Part shown: piece by piece, positions 19,684 through 31,647 of the stretch
How the letters are laid out: every line of letters starts with the position of its first letter
Position numbering within the stretch: position 1 is the first letter of the stretch
Program-made: the position numbers and the translations under genes
Notes under the pieces: model-generated
Databases searched by the model: none
Told to the model about the DNA's origin: nothing
The model's input: the letters and a program-made list of their open reading frames with translations, nothing else
NCBI GenBank assembly: GCA_018819175.1
Contig: JAHJQQ010000041.1
Location: forward strand, 8,886-72,885
DNA: 64,000 bases
Source: Gammaproteobacteria bacterium
GTDB lineage: Bacteria; Pseudomonadota; Gammaproteobacteria; Thiohalobacterales; Thiohalobacteraceae
Reading direction: 5' to 3'

Positions 19684-21180
19684 TCAAATAGGCCGCATTT
19701 GTGGGAACAACAGTACATCTCGGATCGAGGGCGCATCGGCAAACAACATAACCAGACGATCGATACCAATACCCTCACCAGCCGTCGGCGGCATACCATG
19801 CTCCAGGGCACAGATGTAATCCGCGTCAAAGTGCATCGCCTCCTCATCACCGGAGTCTTTGTCTTCAACCTGACGTTGGAAACGCTCGGCCTGATCTTCG
19901 GCATCGTTCAGCTCGGAAAAACCATTGGCGATTTCACGCCCACCAACAAAGAACTCAAAACGATCGGTTACGAAGGGATCAGCATCGTTACGACGAGCCA
20001 GCGGTGACACTTCGGTTGGATAGGCGGTAATGAAGGTTGGGTGTTTAAGGCGATGCTCGACAGTCTTTTCGAAAATCTCAATCTGCACCTTACCCAGGCC
20101 ATAGCTGGGCTTGAGCGGAATACCCAGACGCTCCGCAATGGCGCGTGCGGTCGACAGATCATCCAGCTCTGCAGGCTGCATATCCGGATTGAAATGCAGA
20201 ATGGATTCCTTAATGGTCATGCGCGCGAAGGGACTGCCGAAGTCATACTCTTCGCCTTGATACTGAATCTTACTGTTGCCGAGCAGCTGTAGCGCCATAT
20301 TGCGCAGCAGCGTCTCAGTCAAATCCATCAGATCATGGTAGTCCGCATAGGCCTGATAGAATTCCAGCATGGTGAATTCGGGATTATGGCGCGTGGACAG
20401 GCCTTCATTGCGGAAATTGCGGTTGATCTCATACACCTTCTCGAAACCGCCCACGACCAGCCGCTTGAGATACAGTTCCGGCGCGATGCGCAGAAACAGC
20501 TGCATATCCAGCGCATTGTGATGCGTGGTAAAGGGTCGCGCGGTGGCGCCGCCGGGGATCATCTGCATCATTGGCGTTTCGACCTCCAGATATCCGCGAT
20601 CGTTGAGGAAACTGCGGATGAACTGGACGATCTGCGTGCGCAATCTGAACACCTGACGCGATGGCTCGCTCATGATCAGGTCCAGATAGCGCTGGCGATA
20701 GCGGGTTTCCTGATCGGACAGACCGTGAAATTTTTCCGGCAAAGGACGCAGCGACTTGGTCAACAGGCGAATCTGATCGACCTTGACACTCAGTTCGCCG
20801 GTCTTGGTTTTGAACAGCACACCTTCTGCGCCCAGGATATCGCCCACATCCCACGCCTTGAAGGCCTGATAGACGCCTTCCGGCAAGCCATCACGCTCCA
20901 GGAACAATTGCATGCGACCGGACATATCCTGAATCTGCGTGAAACTGGCCTTGCCCATAATGCGCTTGGCCATCATGCGGCCCGCGATTCTTACGCGGTG
21001 GACATTGGTCGTGAAATATTCGGTGTCTTTTTCACCGTATTCGGCATGCAGCTCGCCGGCCATCACATCGCGGCGGAAATCGTTCGGAAAGGCGATACCG
21101 TTGGCGCGCAGTTGCTTGAGCTTTTCGCGGCGCTCGCTGATCAGTCGGTGTTCGTCTTGCTGAGAGTCGTCAGTCATCAT
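19684..21180 (-). CDS. lysS: Lysine--tRNA ligase (class II)
   Basis: It has class II motifs including FRNEG and [11 protein letters not shown] chose the tandem ATGs at 21180/21177. The track's TTG at 21213 lies inside a palindromic repeat arm. Confidence 0.95.
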   Translation of the reverse strand: MMTDDSQQDEHRLISERREKLKQLRANGIAFPNDFRRDVMAGELHAEYGEKDTEYFTTNVHRVRIAGRMMAKRIMGKASFTQIQDMSGRMQLFLERDGLPEGVYQAFKAWDVGDILGAEGVLFKTKTGELSVKVDQIRLLTKSLRPLPEKFHGLSDQETRYRQRYLDLIMSEPSRQVFRLRTQIVQFIRSFLNDRGYLEVETPMMQMIPGGATARPFTTHHNALDMQLFLRIAPELYLKRLVVGGFEKVYEINRNFRNEGLSTRHNPEFTMLEFYQAYADYHDLMDLTETLLRNMALQLLGNSKIQYQGEEYDFGSPFARMTIKESILHFNPDMQPAELDDLSTARAIAERLGIPLKPSYGLGKVQIEIFEKTVEHRLKHPTFITAYPTEVSPLARRNDADPFVTDRFEFFVGGREIANGFSELNDAEDQAERFQRQVEDKDSGDEEAMHFDADYICALEHGMPPTAGEGIGIDRLVMLFADAPSIRDVLLFPQMRPI

Positions 21181-21200
21181 CAATTCCGTGGTAATTAAGT

Positions 21201-21390
21201 AGTGAACCGCCAAGACGCCAAGGACGCCAAGGAGTTTTGAACCGCCAAGGCGCCAAGAACGCCAAGGAATGTTAATGAGTGAGTAATCATGAATGATTTT
21301 AGCGATAACAATCTTGGCGGCCTTGGCGCCTTGGCGGTTCGCTCATTGTTCTTGGCGTCCTTGGCGTCCTTGGCGTCTTGGCGGTTCACT
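21201..21390. repeat. Nested palindromic element (GGCGCCAAGG-type) filling the prfB-lysS spacer
   Basis: The outer 33-bp arms 21201-21233 and 21358-21390 are perfect reverse complements. The inner arms are at about 21238-21267 and 21313-21340. Confidence 0.9.
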
Positions 21391-21400
21391 AAATTCAACA

Positions 21401-22499
21401 TCAAAGCCCGCTCTTCAAGCTGGCTTCGATGAATTCATCCAGATCCCCATCGAGCACAGCCTGGGTGTTACCGGTTTCCACGCCGGTGCGCAGATCTTTG
21501 ATACGCGATTGATCCAACACATAGGAACGGATCTGGCTGCCCCAGCCGATGTCGGACTTGCTGTCTTCCACGACCTGCTGGTCGGCACGACGTTTCTGCA
21601 TTTCCATTTCATATAACTTGGCAGCCAACTGCTTCATGGCCGTGGAACGGTTCTTATGCTGCGACCGATCGCTTTGACAGGCCACCACAATGCCGCTCGG
21701 GATATGCGTAATACGAATCGCCGATTCGGTCCGGTTGACGTGCTGACCACCGGCGCCACTGGCACGGTAGGTATCCACCTTCAGATCAGCAGGATTGATG
21801 TCGACTTCGAAGCTGTCGTCGATTTCGGGGGAAGCAAACACTGCTGAGAAAGAAGTGTGGCGACGGTTACCCGAATCAAAGGGGGATTTGCGCACCAGTC
21901 GATGCACACCCGTCTCGGTACGCAGCCAACCATAAGCATAGGGGCCGTCGATTTTGACGGTCGCGCTTTTGATGCCTGCGACTTCACCGGGAGAGGCCTC
22001 AATGATTTCAGTCTTGAAACCGCGCCGCTCGGCCCAGCGCAGATACATGCGCAACAGCATCTCCGCCCAGTCCTGTGCCTCGGTGCCACCCGAGCCGGAT
22101 TGAATATCCAGGAAGGCGTTATTGGGGTCCATCTCACCGGAAAACATGCGTTGGAATTCGAGATCGGCAACCTGCTTTTCCAATTCAGCCAGATCAGCGC
22201 GTATCGACTCCACAGTCGACTCGTCGTTCTCTTCACCAGCCATCTGCACCAGTTCCTCGGCATCATTGAGCTTGTCGCCCATATCGCCGAGGGTGAGCAC
22301 GATCTCTTCCAGACGGGCACGCTCACGACCCAGTTCCTGGGCACGTTCGGGCTTGTCCCAGACGTTGGGTTGTTCCAGCTCGCGGTTTACTTCTTCGAGG
22401 CGCTCGCGTTTGGCGGCATAGTCAAAGATACCCCCTCAGGGTCTCGGAACGGCCCTTGAGGTCTTTGATGCAGTGGATGACGGGATTGATTTCCAACAT
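21401..22499 (-). CDS. prfB: Peptide chain release factor 2, requires a programmed +1 frameshift
   Basis: ORF0, [25 protein letters not shown], ends in CTT TGA C at 22427-22421. The +1 frame continues [23 protein letters not shown]... into the 299-aa track ORF, which has SPF and GGQ motifs. Confidence 0.95.
22421..22436 (-). promoter_or_regulatory. RF2 +1 frameshift site with an internal Shine-Dalgarno-like AGGGGG
   Basis: The minus strand reads AGG GGG TAT CTT TGA C. Confidence 0.9.
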
Positions 22500-22602
22500 A
22501 ACCTGTTTCTTCAGCTCAGCTGCGTAAAGGCGCTGATCATACACCAGCAGGGAGAGCCTTTGCGCATCTGGGATTGATACGTTGCTGTTAAGGAAACTCT
22601 GA

Positions 22603-22680
22603 ATAATTCGTCATTCCGGTGCAGGCCGGAATCTAGTGCCTTGAATCACATGGATTCCGGCCTGCGCCGGAATGACGGTT
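22603..22680. repeat. Family A REP/MITE-like element, full copy
   Basis: It has the same about 80-bp architecture as 9495-9572. Its arms are cgtcattccggtgcaggccggaatc and gattccggcctgcgccggaatgacg. Confidence 0.9.
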
Positions 22681-22730
22681 TGGTAATAAATCAGAGGTTC
22701 CTGAACTTCAGCTTGAAGGGCACCTGAAGT

Positions 22731-23813
22731 TCAGGAGGCCACTTTACTGGCTTTATGCTGACGACGCGCGCGCACCGCCTCGGCCAGTTGTTCCAGCAGG
22801 ATGATGCTATCGTCCCAGCCGATACAGGCATCGGTGATGCTCTGGCCGTAGGCCAATGCCTGTCCGGGCTGTACATCCTGACGTCCAGCCTGCAAATGAC
22901 TTTCGATCATGGCGCCGATAATGGCGTGATTTCCGGCGGCGATCTGCGTACTCACATCGCGTCCCACATCCAGCTGACGCTGGTGATCCTTGAGACTGTT
23001 GGCATGACTGAAGTCGATCATTAAACGCCCTTGCAGGCCTGCTGCCTTAAGCTCAGCGACAGCCTTGGTGACACTGGCCGCATCATAGTTAGGGATTTTA
23101 CCGCCACGCAGAATGATGTGGCAGTCGGCATTGCCGGCGGTGGAGAAAATCGCCGAGCGGCCTTCCTTGGTCAGCGACATAAAGTGATGTGATTGCGAGG
23201 CCGAGCGAATGGCATCGACCGCGACACGCAAGGTACCGTCGGTACCGTTTTTGAAACCGACCGGACATGACAGTCCGGAGGCCAGCTCGCGATGCACCTG
23301 ACTTTCGGTCGTGCGCGCACCGATAGCGCCCCAGCTTACCAAATCCGCGACATACTGCGGACTGATCAGATCCAGGAATTCGGTCGCCGCCGGCACACCC
23401 ATCTCATTCAGGTCGGCAAGCAGTTTGCGGGCAATGCGCAGACCCTGATTAATATTGAAACTGCCATCGAGATTCGGATCGTTGATCAGCCCCTTCCATC
23501 CCACTGTGGTGCGCGGCTTCTCGAAATAGACACGCATGACAATCAGCAGATCGCCCGCCAATTCGTCGCGAAGCTTCTTCAATCGGTGTGCGTATTCCAG
23601 CGCGGCATCCGGGTCATGGATGGAACAAGGCCCGATAATGACCAGCAAGCGATCATCGCTGCCAACCAGGATGTCATGGATGGCCCGACGCGTGGTCACG
23701 ATGGTCCGTGCGATTGCCTCCGTCACCGGCAGCCCTTCATGGAGCTGCGCAGGCGGTATCACCTCCTTGATTTCCAAGATGCGGAGGTCGTCTGTGTCGT
23801 ATTGATTAGTCAT
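22731..23813 (-). CDS. 3-deoxy-7-phosphoheptulonate (DAHP) synthase, class I
   Basis: It has the motifs GPCSIHD, KPRTTVGWKGLINDP and IDFSHANS. I chose the start MTNQYDTDDLRI at 23813. Confidence 0.9.
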   Translation of the reverse strand: MTNQYDTDDLRILEIKEVIPPAQLHEGLPVTEAIARTIVTTRRAIHDILVGSDDRLLVIIGPCSIHDPDAALEYAHRLKKLRDELAGDLLIVMRVYFEKPRTTVGWKGLINDPNLDGSFNINQGLRIARKLLADLNEMGVPAATEFLDLISPQYVADLVSWGAIGARTTESQVHRELASGLSCPVGFKNGTDGTLRVAVDAIRSASQSHHFMSLTKEGRSAIFSTAGNADCHIILRGGKIPNYDAASVTKAVAELKAAGLQGRLMIDFSHANSLKDHQRQLDVGRDVSTQIAAGNHAIIGAMIESHLQAGRQDVQPGQALAYGQSITDACIGWDDSIILLEQLAEAVRARRQHKASKVAS

Positions 23814-23997
23814 ATAGCTACCAAAAAGCCCCGCCGGGTTCACCCCGGTGCAGTGCAACTATCTATGCAGTTAGGTAATAACACCGCGCTGACGCGGCGC
23901 AAGGGTACGCATTATCCCAAAAGCTGGGCATACTGTCAGGCATTATGTCGTTTCATGGCCGGAACCCCGAGGACCCGCCAAAAATAAAGGAGAGTGC

Positions 23998-25437
23998 ATG
24001 AGTCATCCTCATCCCTTGCTGGTACCTGGAGCCCGCACTCAGGGCCAGCCGTTGCAGGTCGTCGCTCCCTTTGATCTAAGCCCCATTGCCAGGCTGGACA
24101 CTGCCGATGCCGAGGTGGTTGAACTGGCGCTGACGACCGCCTATGCCCTGTTCCGCGATCGCGATGCCTGGCTTTCAGCCGCCACACGGATTGCCATCCT
24201 CCGCCGCACCGCAGAATTGATGGAAGCACGCCAGGAAGAACTGGCCCTGGAAGCGGCGCGTGAGGGTGGAAAACCCTTGCTGGATTCGCGAGTGGAAGTG
24301 ACCCGCGCGATTGATGGTGTTCGCAACTGCATCGAAACCATGCGCAGCGGCGGCGGTCGCGAAATCCCCATGGGGTTGAATGCCGCGTCGCAGAATCGGC
24401 TGGCCATGACCCATCACGAACCGATCGGCGTGGTCGTCGCGGTCAGTGCCTTTAATCATCCGCTCAATCTCATTGTGCATCAGGTCGGACCCGCGATTGC
24501 GGCCGGATGCCCCGTGATTGTGAAGCCAGCCGAAGATACACCGCTGTCCTGCTACCGCTTTGTAAAATTACTGCACGAAGCCGGATTACCGGAGGCATGG
24601 TGCCAGGCGCTGGTCACCAGCGGGCATGAGGTCGCAGAGCGGTTAGTCACCGATCCTCGAGTTGGCTTTTTCAGTTTCATTGGCAGTGCGCGGGTCGGCT
24701 GGATGTTGCGTTCCAAACTGGCGCCCGGGACACGTTGCGCACTGGAGCACGGTGGCGTGGCTCCGGTGCTGGTGGAGGCGGACGCCGATCTGGATAGCAT
24801 GCTGCCGTTATTGGCCAAAGGCGGTTTCTATCACGCCGGTCAGGTGTGTGTCTCCGTACAGCGAGTATTCTGTGCCGCGGAAATCGCTGAACAGGTCGCA
24901 CTGGGTTTGGGAAAGCAGGCTGCACTGATCAAGGTCGGAGATCCCACCGCAGCCGATACCGACATCGGGCCGTTGATTCGTCCCCGCGAACTGGAACGTA
25001 TTCACAGCTGGGTTCAGGAGGCCATAGCAGCCGGCGCAAAACTGATCTGTGGCGGCAAGGCGATATCGGAAACCTGCTACGCACCGACGGTGTTGCTCGA
25101 TCCGCCGCCCACGGCGCGTGTTTCGCGGGAGGAGATTTTTGGTCCGGTCATCTGTGTCTACACCACCACCGATCGGGAGTCGGCCATCGCCCAGGCCAAT
25201 GCCCTGCCCTTTGCCTTCCAGGCATCGGTATTTACCAAACAGCTGGATCTGGCGCTGTATGCCTATCACCGACTGGATGCTGCGGCGGTTATGGTCAATG
25301 ACCACACGGCGTTCCGGGTCGATTGGATGCCTTTTGCAGGCCTGCGGCAATCGGGATTAGGCGTAGGCGGCATCCCCTACACCATCCATGATATGCAGAT
25401 TGAAAAATTGCTGGTACTGAAATCCGCCGAGCTGTGA
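23998..25437 (+). CDS. Aldehyde dehydrogenase family protein
   Basis: It has the ALDH fold with catalytic-Cys context GQVCVSVQRVF, Glu context LEHGG, and EEIFGPV. Confidence 0.85.
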   Translation: MSHPHPLLVPGARTQGQPLQVVAPFDLSPIARLDTADAEVVELALTTAYALFRDRDAWLSAATRIAILRRTAELMEARQEELALEAAREGGKPLLDSRVEVTRAIDGVRNCIETMRSGGGREIPMGLNAASQNRLAMTHHEPIGVVVAVSAFNHPLNLIVHQVGPAIAAGCPVIVKPAEDTPLSCYRFVKLLHEAGLPEAWCQALVTSGHEVAERLVTDPRVGFFSFIGSARVGWMLRSKLAPGTRCALEHGGVAPVLVEADADLDSMLPLLAKGGFYHAGQVCVSVQRVFCAAEIAEQVALGLGKQAALIKVGDPTAADTDIGPLIRPRELERIHSWVQEAIAAGAKLICGGKAISETCYAPTVLLDPPPTARVSREEIFGPVICVYTTTDRESAIAQANALPFAFQASVFTKQLDLALYAYHRLDAAAVMVNDHTAFRVDWMPFAGLRQSGLGVGGIPYTIHDMQIEKLLVLKSAEL

Positions 25438-25484
25438 AGCCAAAATCATAAACGCCTCCCTGCCCACAGAGACGCGTTTAGATA

Positions 25485-26198
25485 TCATTCATCGTCGTCG
25501 AATTGTACCGGCGGGGGATTACCGTCGTGGATGCGGCTCCAGCGCAATTGCCGATAGGCCTCGCGGGTAAAGAGATAAGGATCGAGCGCAGCCGTATCGC
25601 GCAACCGAGTGGCGCTCAGTAGATTGGCGCGGGCATCGACCACACGCAACGCCGAGAGCGAGTTACGTTCACGAACTTCTTCATGCTGCGATATCGGATC
25701 CAACTGGTAATCACCAACAAGTCCAACACTGTCGCGGATAGTACTTGGGCCCAACAGCGGAAGAACGACATACCAACCTTCCCCGATGCCCCATGTACCG
25801 AATGTCTGACCAAAATCTTCATCATGTTTAGTCATACCCATCTGGGTGGCCGGATCGAAAAGTCCCAGCAAACCTATTGTTGAGTTGACCAGCAACCGCC
25901 CCAGGTCCGAAATACCTTCTCTAGGCTTTCCCTGCAGGAATTGATTGGTAATGACCAGTGGCTCACCGAGATTCCCGAAGAAATTGGTGACGCTAGTGCG
26001 CGCCTGATCCGGCACTACCTTTTCATAAGCCTTCGCGGTGGGCTTGAAAATCGCCCGATCAACCTTGTCATTAACGGTATCAACAACCCGGTTGACGGGT
26101 TCTAACGGATCAGCAACTTCTTCGTGCGGGGGCGTGCTTGCGCAGGCGGAAAGCCCGCAAACTGCGGTGAGTACCAAGAAGCTATTAATCCCTTTCAT
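25485..26198 (-). CDS. mlaA: Lipid asymmetry maintenance lipoprotein MlaA/VacJ
   Basis: It has the lipobox LSAC, DPLEP.NR..... and the VacJ core ...GPSTIRDS.G... Confidence 0.85.
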   Translation of the reverse strand: MKGINSFLVLTAVCGLSACASTPPHEEVADPLEPVNRVVDTVNDKVDRAIFKPTAKAYEKVVPDQARTSVTNFFGNLGEPLVITNQFLQGKPREGISDLGRLLVNSTIGLLGLFDPATQMGMTKHDEDFGQTFGTWGIGEGWYVVLPLLGPSTIRDSVGLVGDYQLDPISQHEEVRERNSLSALRVVDARANLLSATRLRDTAALDPYLFTREAYRQLRWSRIHDGNPPPVQFDDDE

Positions 26199-26439
26199 CG
26201 TGGCCTACCTTAATTTTCCGTGGGACGCAGAACCGATCGCTGGCTCTTTATCCTGTTACTCACCATGGATGCCCAGAAACGCGACACTCAACTCTTAATT
26301 AAAGATATACAAGATACATACCATAAACATGCATGCAAATAGTAACCATAGCGATGCTACACAACTTATGAGTGGGCCGAGCACCTGCGTTCACTCGCTG
26401 CCTAAGAATGGCAACCAGCCGTTGCCACAGAAATAGCAA

Positions 26440-26474
26440 ACCGTAAACGAAAAGAGCGGCCAATGGCCGCTCTT
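26440..26474 (-). terminator. Rho-independent terminator downstream of tRNA-Pro
   Basis: A GC-rich hairpin aagagcggcc-aat-ggccgctctt is followed on the minus strand by ttcgttt. Confidence 0.6.
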
Positions 26475-26481
26475 AACGATG

Positions 26482-26498
26482 TTGGTCGGGGCGAGAGG
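26482..26498. repeat. 17-nt direct duplicate of the tRNA-Pro 3' end
   Basis: ttggtcggggcgagagg occurs at 26482-26498 and again at 26608-26624, inside and abutting the tRNA. Confidence 0.85.
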
Positions 26499-26606
26499 GT
26501 GAAGATCGCGCCCTTCGCAAAGCACCGCTTTGCGCGAGACGAACGCCCTGAGGCTATGCCGAGGGGCCGGCAATCCTGAGCCTCCTACAAACCAACATTT
26601 CACGAA

Positions 26607-26685
<79 letters not shown>

Positions 26686-26760
26686 AAAACTACAAACATC
26701 CGAACTTCAGTGAGGCGGGGATGATACCCGAAACCTGCCCGACTGGAAACGCAATCGGGA

Positions 26761-27117
26761 CTAGCGTCGCAGCAATTGAAGCACTTCTTCCAACTCAATA
26801 CGCATCTGGCGGATGATCTGTTGGCTTTGGGTTACATCGCCTTTGGCCTGTTCGCCGGAAAGCTGCAGGCGCGCACCGCCAATGGTGAAACCCTGTTCGT
26901 AAAGCAGACTACGGATCTGCCGGATCATAATGACGTCGTGGCGCTGATAATAGCGCCGATTACCGCGACGTTTGACCGGTTTAAGCTGGGGAAATTCCTG
27001 CTCCCAATAGCGCAGCACATGGGGTTTTACGCCACATAATTCGCTGACTTCGCCGATGGTGAAGTAGCGCTTCCCCGGGATTACCGGAAGAACGTCATTG
27101 TTACTGGCTTCCAGCAT
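26761..27117 (-). CDS. MerR-family transcriptional regulator
   Basis: Its N-terminal HTH is [22 protein letters not shown]. It overlaps the ihfA end. Confidence 0.8.
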   Translation of the reverse strand: MLEASNNDVLPVIPGKRYFTIGEVSELCGVKPHVLRYWEQEFPQLKPVKRRGNRRYYQRHDVIMIRQIRSLLYEQGFTIGGARLQLSGEQAKGDVTQSQQIIRQMRIELEEVLQLLRR

Positions 27118-27397
27118 ATGCCTCTACCCTGGACTTGAGCTTCTGGCCTGGCCGGAAGGTCACGACTCTGCGTGCTGAAATAGGGATTTCTTCGCCGGTT
27201 TTCGGATTGCGGCCGGGACGACGGTTTTTATCGCGAAGATCGAAGTTACCGAATCCGGAGAGCTTTACCTGGCTGCCGGTTTCGAGTGCCAGCCGAATCT
27301 CTTCGAAAAACATCTCGACCAGTTCTTTTGCTTCGCGTTTGTTCAGGCCCAGTTCTTCGAACAATTTTTCGGCCAATTCCGCTTTGGTAAGCGCCAT
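27101..27397 (-). CDS. ihfA: Integration host factor alpha subunit
   Basis: The sequence reads [10 protein letters not shown]...[19 protein letters not shown]. Confidence 0.95.
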   Translation of the reverse strand: MALTKAELAEKLFEELGLNKREAKELVEMFFEEIRLALETGSQVKLSGFGNFDLRDKNRRPGRNPKTGEEIPISARRVVTFRPGQKLKSRVEAYAGSQ

Positions 27398-27402
27398 TTA
27401 GA

Positions 27403-29778
27403 TTACTCCCTTAAGGTTGCACCAAACTTAGCGTTCAATGCGGCCTGTACTTGAACCAAAACCGTCTCTACATCCTGCTCGGTTAGTGTGCGCGACGAAT
27501 CCTGTAGAATCAAGCCTAAAGCGATACTTTTTAGTCCCGATTCTATAGCCTTACCTTGATAAAGATCGAAGACAGTCAGGTCCTGAAGCAAGCTGCCGGC
27601 CGATTGACGCACAGCGTCACAAATTTCTGCAGAAATAATGGCTTGTGGCAGTATAAACGCCAAATCTCTCCGAATCACGGGGAATTTGGAAATATTTTGA
27701 AAATGGGCAATTTCACCCTGGGAAAGAGGCCCTGCCGCGAGTTCAAAGAGAAAGGTATCTTCAGGTAGCTCCAATGCGGCTACAAGCTCGGGATGGACCT
27801 TGCCTAGCCAACCGACATGCACGTCAGCGCGCAGAATTCTGGCGGTTTGGCCGGGATGTAAACTGGCGTGGCGATCCGGACTGAACGTGAATTCACGACT
27901 ATCGGCGACTGTGGCAAGCAACGCTTCGACATCTGACTTCATGTCGAAAAAGTCGACATCGACCTGAGGTGTGTCCCATTGCTCCGGTGTCCGGCTTCCA
28001 CAAACAAGTCCGCCTAAATAATATTCTTGTAACAATTCATTAGGTTGCTTTATATAGTTAAGACCATACTCGAATAATCTGACGCGCGCTTGCTGGCGGT
28101 TAAGATTGTATTGGGCAGCCTTGAGCAACCCGGGCCAGAGACTGGTGCGCATCACCGACATTTCCGACGAAATGGGATTGGCCAAAGCCACCGAGGCATG
28201 ACCCGGATCCACCATTTGCTGCAATTTAGGCTCGATAAAGCTGTAGGTGATGGCTTCTTGATAACCACGCTGCACCAGAACATCCCGCCAATCCTTCACG
28301 CTCGCCTGCGCTTCGGGCATGGGCATGCCCTGCATTGCGGCTTTGGGACGCAGACTGGGCAAACGGTTGTAACCGTAGATACGACCTATATCCTCGATAA
28401 GATCCGCCTCCAACGACATATCAAAGCGATAAGAAGGAGGAATCGCATTCCAGCCATCGTCTACCGCTGTCAGCGCAACGCCAAGACGTTTGAGAATATC
28501 CTCGACTTCCGTATCCGGCAGCTCGATACCGAGCAAGCGCTGGATACGTTTGCGGCGCAAATGAATCGGTGCGCAGGCCGGCAAACTATTTTGGTCGGTG
28601 TGTTCGCTGATCGGTCCGGCAACACCGCCAACGATATCTAAAAGTAATGCCGTTGCACGCTCGATCATCTGCTGTTGCTGCTGGAAATCGACACCGCGTT
28701 CGAAACGATAGGACGAATCCGTTTGCAGACCATAGCGACGCGCGCGACCGGCGATACTCTCGGGACTGAAAAAGGCACACTCCAAAAACAGATCCTGAGT
28801 CGTTGGGCTTACCCCGCTCTGTTCGCCACCCATAATGCCGGCAATGGCGAGCACACTGGTCGCATCGGCGATCACCAATGTTTCGCTGTCCAGCACCATT
28901 TCTCGACCATCCAGCAACCGAATACGCTCGCCGGTTTTCGCATAACGTACTTCGATATGCCGATCCAGACGCGCAAGGTCAAACGCATGCATGGGCTGTC
29001 CGAACTCGAGCAACAGATAGTTAGTGACATCCACCACGGGACCTAAGCTGCGCAATCCGCCACGACGCAGTTTCTCCTGCATCCACAATGGCGTTGCAGC
29101 CTTTACATTGACGCCACGGATTACTCGCCCCAGATAGCGCGGACATGCCTCGGTAGCATGAATGTGAATAGGAAATTGATCCTGCGAACCTGGCTGTAAT
29201 GCTGCGATAGTCGGCGCTGTAATAGTGATCCGGTTGAGCACACCCACTTCACGCGCTATGCCTGCCATGCCCAGGCAATCGCCGCGATTAGGCGTGAGGT
29301 CAACCTCAATCAACGCATCATCGAGATCAAGATACGCCCTGATATCCTCTCCGACCGGTGCCGCGGCCGGTAAAGCCATAAGCCCCGCATGATCATCGGC
29401 CAGCCCTAATTCACGCGCTGAACACAGCATGCCACTCGACTCAACACCACGCAGCTTGGCCTTTTTGATCTTGAGGTCACCCGGTAGAACAGCGCCTACC
29501 ACCGCTGCCGGCACCTTCATGCCGATACTGACATTAGGTGCACCACAGACAATCTGTAACGGCTCCCCGCCTACGGAGACTTTGCAGACGCGCAGTTTGT
29601 CGGCATCGGGATGCGGCTGCACATCCAGCACCTCGCCGATAACCACACCGGAAAAAGAGCTGGCCGCAGGCTCCACACCATCGACTTCGAGCCCCGCCAT
29701 GGTCAATTGCGCGACTAATTCTTCTGTGGAGATCTTGGGATCAACCCACTCACGCAACCAATTTTCGCTAAATTTCAT
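27403..29778 (-). CDS. pheT: Phenylalanine--tRNA ligase beta subunit
   Basis: It is 791 aa, begins MKFSE.WLREW, and has the tRNA-binding, B3/4 and B5 domain order. Confidence 0.95.
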   Translation of the reverse strand: MKFSENWLREWVDPKISTEELVAQLTMAGLEVDGVEPAASSFSGVVIGEVLDVQPHPDADKLRVCKVSVGGEPLQIVCGAPNVSIGMKVPAAVVGAVLPGDLKIKKAKLRGVESSGMLCSARELGLADDHAGLMALPAAAPVGEDIRAYLDLDDALIEVDLTPNRGDCLGMAGIAREVGVLNRITITAPTIAALQPGSQDQFPIHIHATEACPRYLGRVIRGVNVKAATPLWMQEKLRRGGLRSLGPVVDVTNYLLLEFGQPMHAFDLARLDRHIEVRYAKTGERIRLLDGREMVLDSETLVIADATSVLAIAGIMGGEQSGVSPTTQDLFLECAFFSPESIAGRARRYGLQTDSSYRFERGVDFQQQQQMIERATALLLDIVGGVAGPISEHTDQNSLPACAPIHLRRKRIQRLLGIELPDTEVEDILKRLGVALTAVDDGWNAIPPSYRFDMSLEADLIEDIGRIYGYNRLPSLRPKAAMQGMPMPEAQASVKDWRDVLVQRGYQEAITYSFIEPKLQQMVDPGHASVALANPISSEMSVMRTSLWPGLLKAAQYNLNRQQARVRLFEYGLNYIKQPNELLQEYYLGGLVCGSRTPEQWDTPQVDVDFFDMKSDVEALLATVADSREFTFSPDRHASLHPGQTARILRADVHVGWLGKVHPELVAALELPEDTFLFELAAGPLSQGEIAHFQNISKFPVIRRDLAFILPQAIISAEICDAVRQSAGSLLQDLTVFDLYQGKAIESGLKSIALGLILQDSSRTLTEQDVETVLVQVQAALNAKFGATLRE

Positions 29779-29819
29779 TATCTATCCTGAATTCTTAAAT
29801 CACGTCGCAATATGGCTGA

Positions 29820-30884
<1,065 letters not shown>

Positions 30885-30910
30885 TCAAGACACTGAGTGT
30901 ACCTATCTAC

Positions 30911-30948
30911 AAAAGAAAAGGGGAAGGCTTTACCAGCCTTCCCCTTTT
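30911..30948 (-). terminator. Rho-independent terminator/attenuator between rplT and pheS
   Basis: A 10-bp GC-rich stem (ggggaaggct/agccttcccc) with A/U extensions is followed on the minus strand by a U-tract. Confidence 0.75.
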
Positions 30949-30991
30949 CGATTCAGCATCGGCAACCGCACAGCGGCCGCCATTACCTAGA

Positions 30992-31348
30992 TCAGCCCAG
31001 GCTGGCCTTGGCCTGTGTGGCAATGGCACCAAAGGCTGCCTTGTCGAACACGGCCAGATCGGCGAGCACCTTACGGTCGATCTCGATATTCGCCTTCTTC
31101 AGACCATTGATCATGCGACTGTAGGACAAACCGTTTTCGCGGGCCGCGGCATTGATGCGCGCGATCCACAGAGCGCGGAACTGACGTTTACGCTGACGGC
31201 GGTCACGATACGCATACTGACCGGCCTTGATGACGGCCTGCTTGGCAATCCGGAAGACTTTGCGTCGGGCACCGTAGTAGCCCTTGGCCTTGTCCATGAT
31301 CTTTTTGTGTTTGGCGTGTGCGGTAACGCCACGTTTTACGCGTGCCAT
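30992..31348 (-). CDS. rplT: 50S ribosomal protein L20
   Basis: The sequence reads MARVKRGV.A...HKKI....KGY.G. Confidence 0.95.
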   Translation of the reverse strand: MARVKRGVTAHAKHKKIMDKAKGYYGARRKVFRIAKQAVIKAGQYAYRDRRQRKRQFRALWIARINAAARENGLSYSRMINGLKKANIEIDRKVLADLAVFDKAAFGAIATQAKASLG

Positions 31349-31362
31349 ATCAGTTCATCTCC

Positions 31363-31560
31363 TCAGCTATACGGCAGCATGCGACGGACACCCGCCACAT
31401 CAGAAGCATGCACCTGTGCGGGGCTGCCCAGCTGACGCTTACGCTTGCTGCTTTTCTTGGTGAGGATATGACGCAGATGGGACTGCGCACGTTTGAATCC
31501 ACCGCTTGCCGAGCGCTTAAAACGCTTGGCCGCACCGCGATTCGATTTCATCTTCGGCAT
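31363..31560 (-). CDS. rpmI: 50S ribosomal protein L35
   Basis: I used the internal start [15 protein letters not shown], which gives 65 aa. Confidence 0.95.
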   Translation of the reverse strand: MPKMKSNRGAAKRFKRSASGGFKRAQSHLRHILTKKSSKRKRQLGSPAQVHASDVAGVRRMLPYS

Positions 31561-31647
31561 GAGACTATGCTCCGTATTCACTATTAATGTTGTCCCGTAC
31601 AGGGCGCCGCTGTAACTCTTCAACGACGACTTTGGCCTGACGGGCCG

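Noticed and set aside
21195-21616. Track ORFs 21195-21404 ([21 protein letters not shown]...) and 21293-21616.
   Set aside because: They are translations of the two arms of the prfB-lysS palindromic element or antisense to prfB. They have no independent coding signal.
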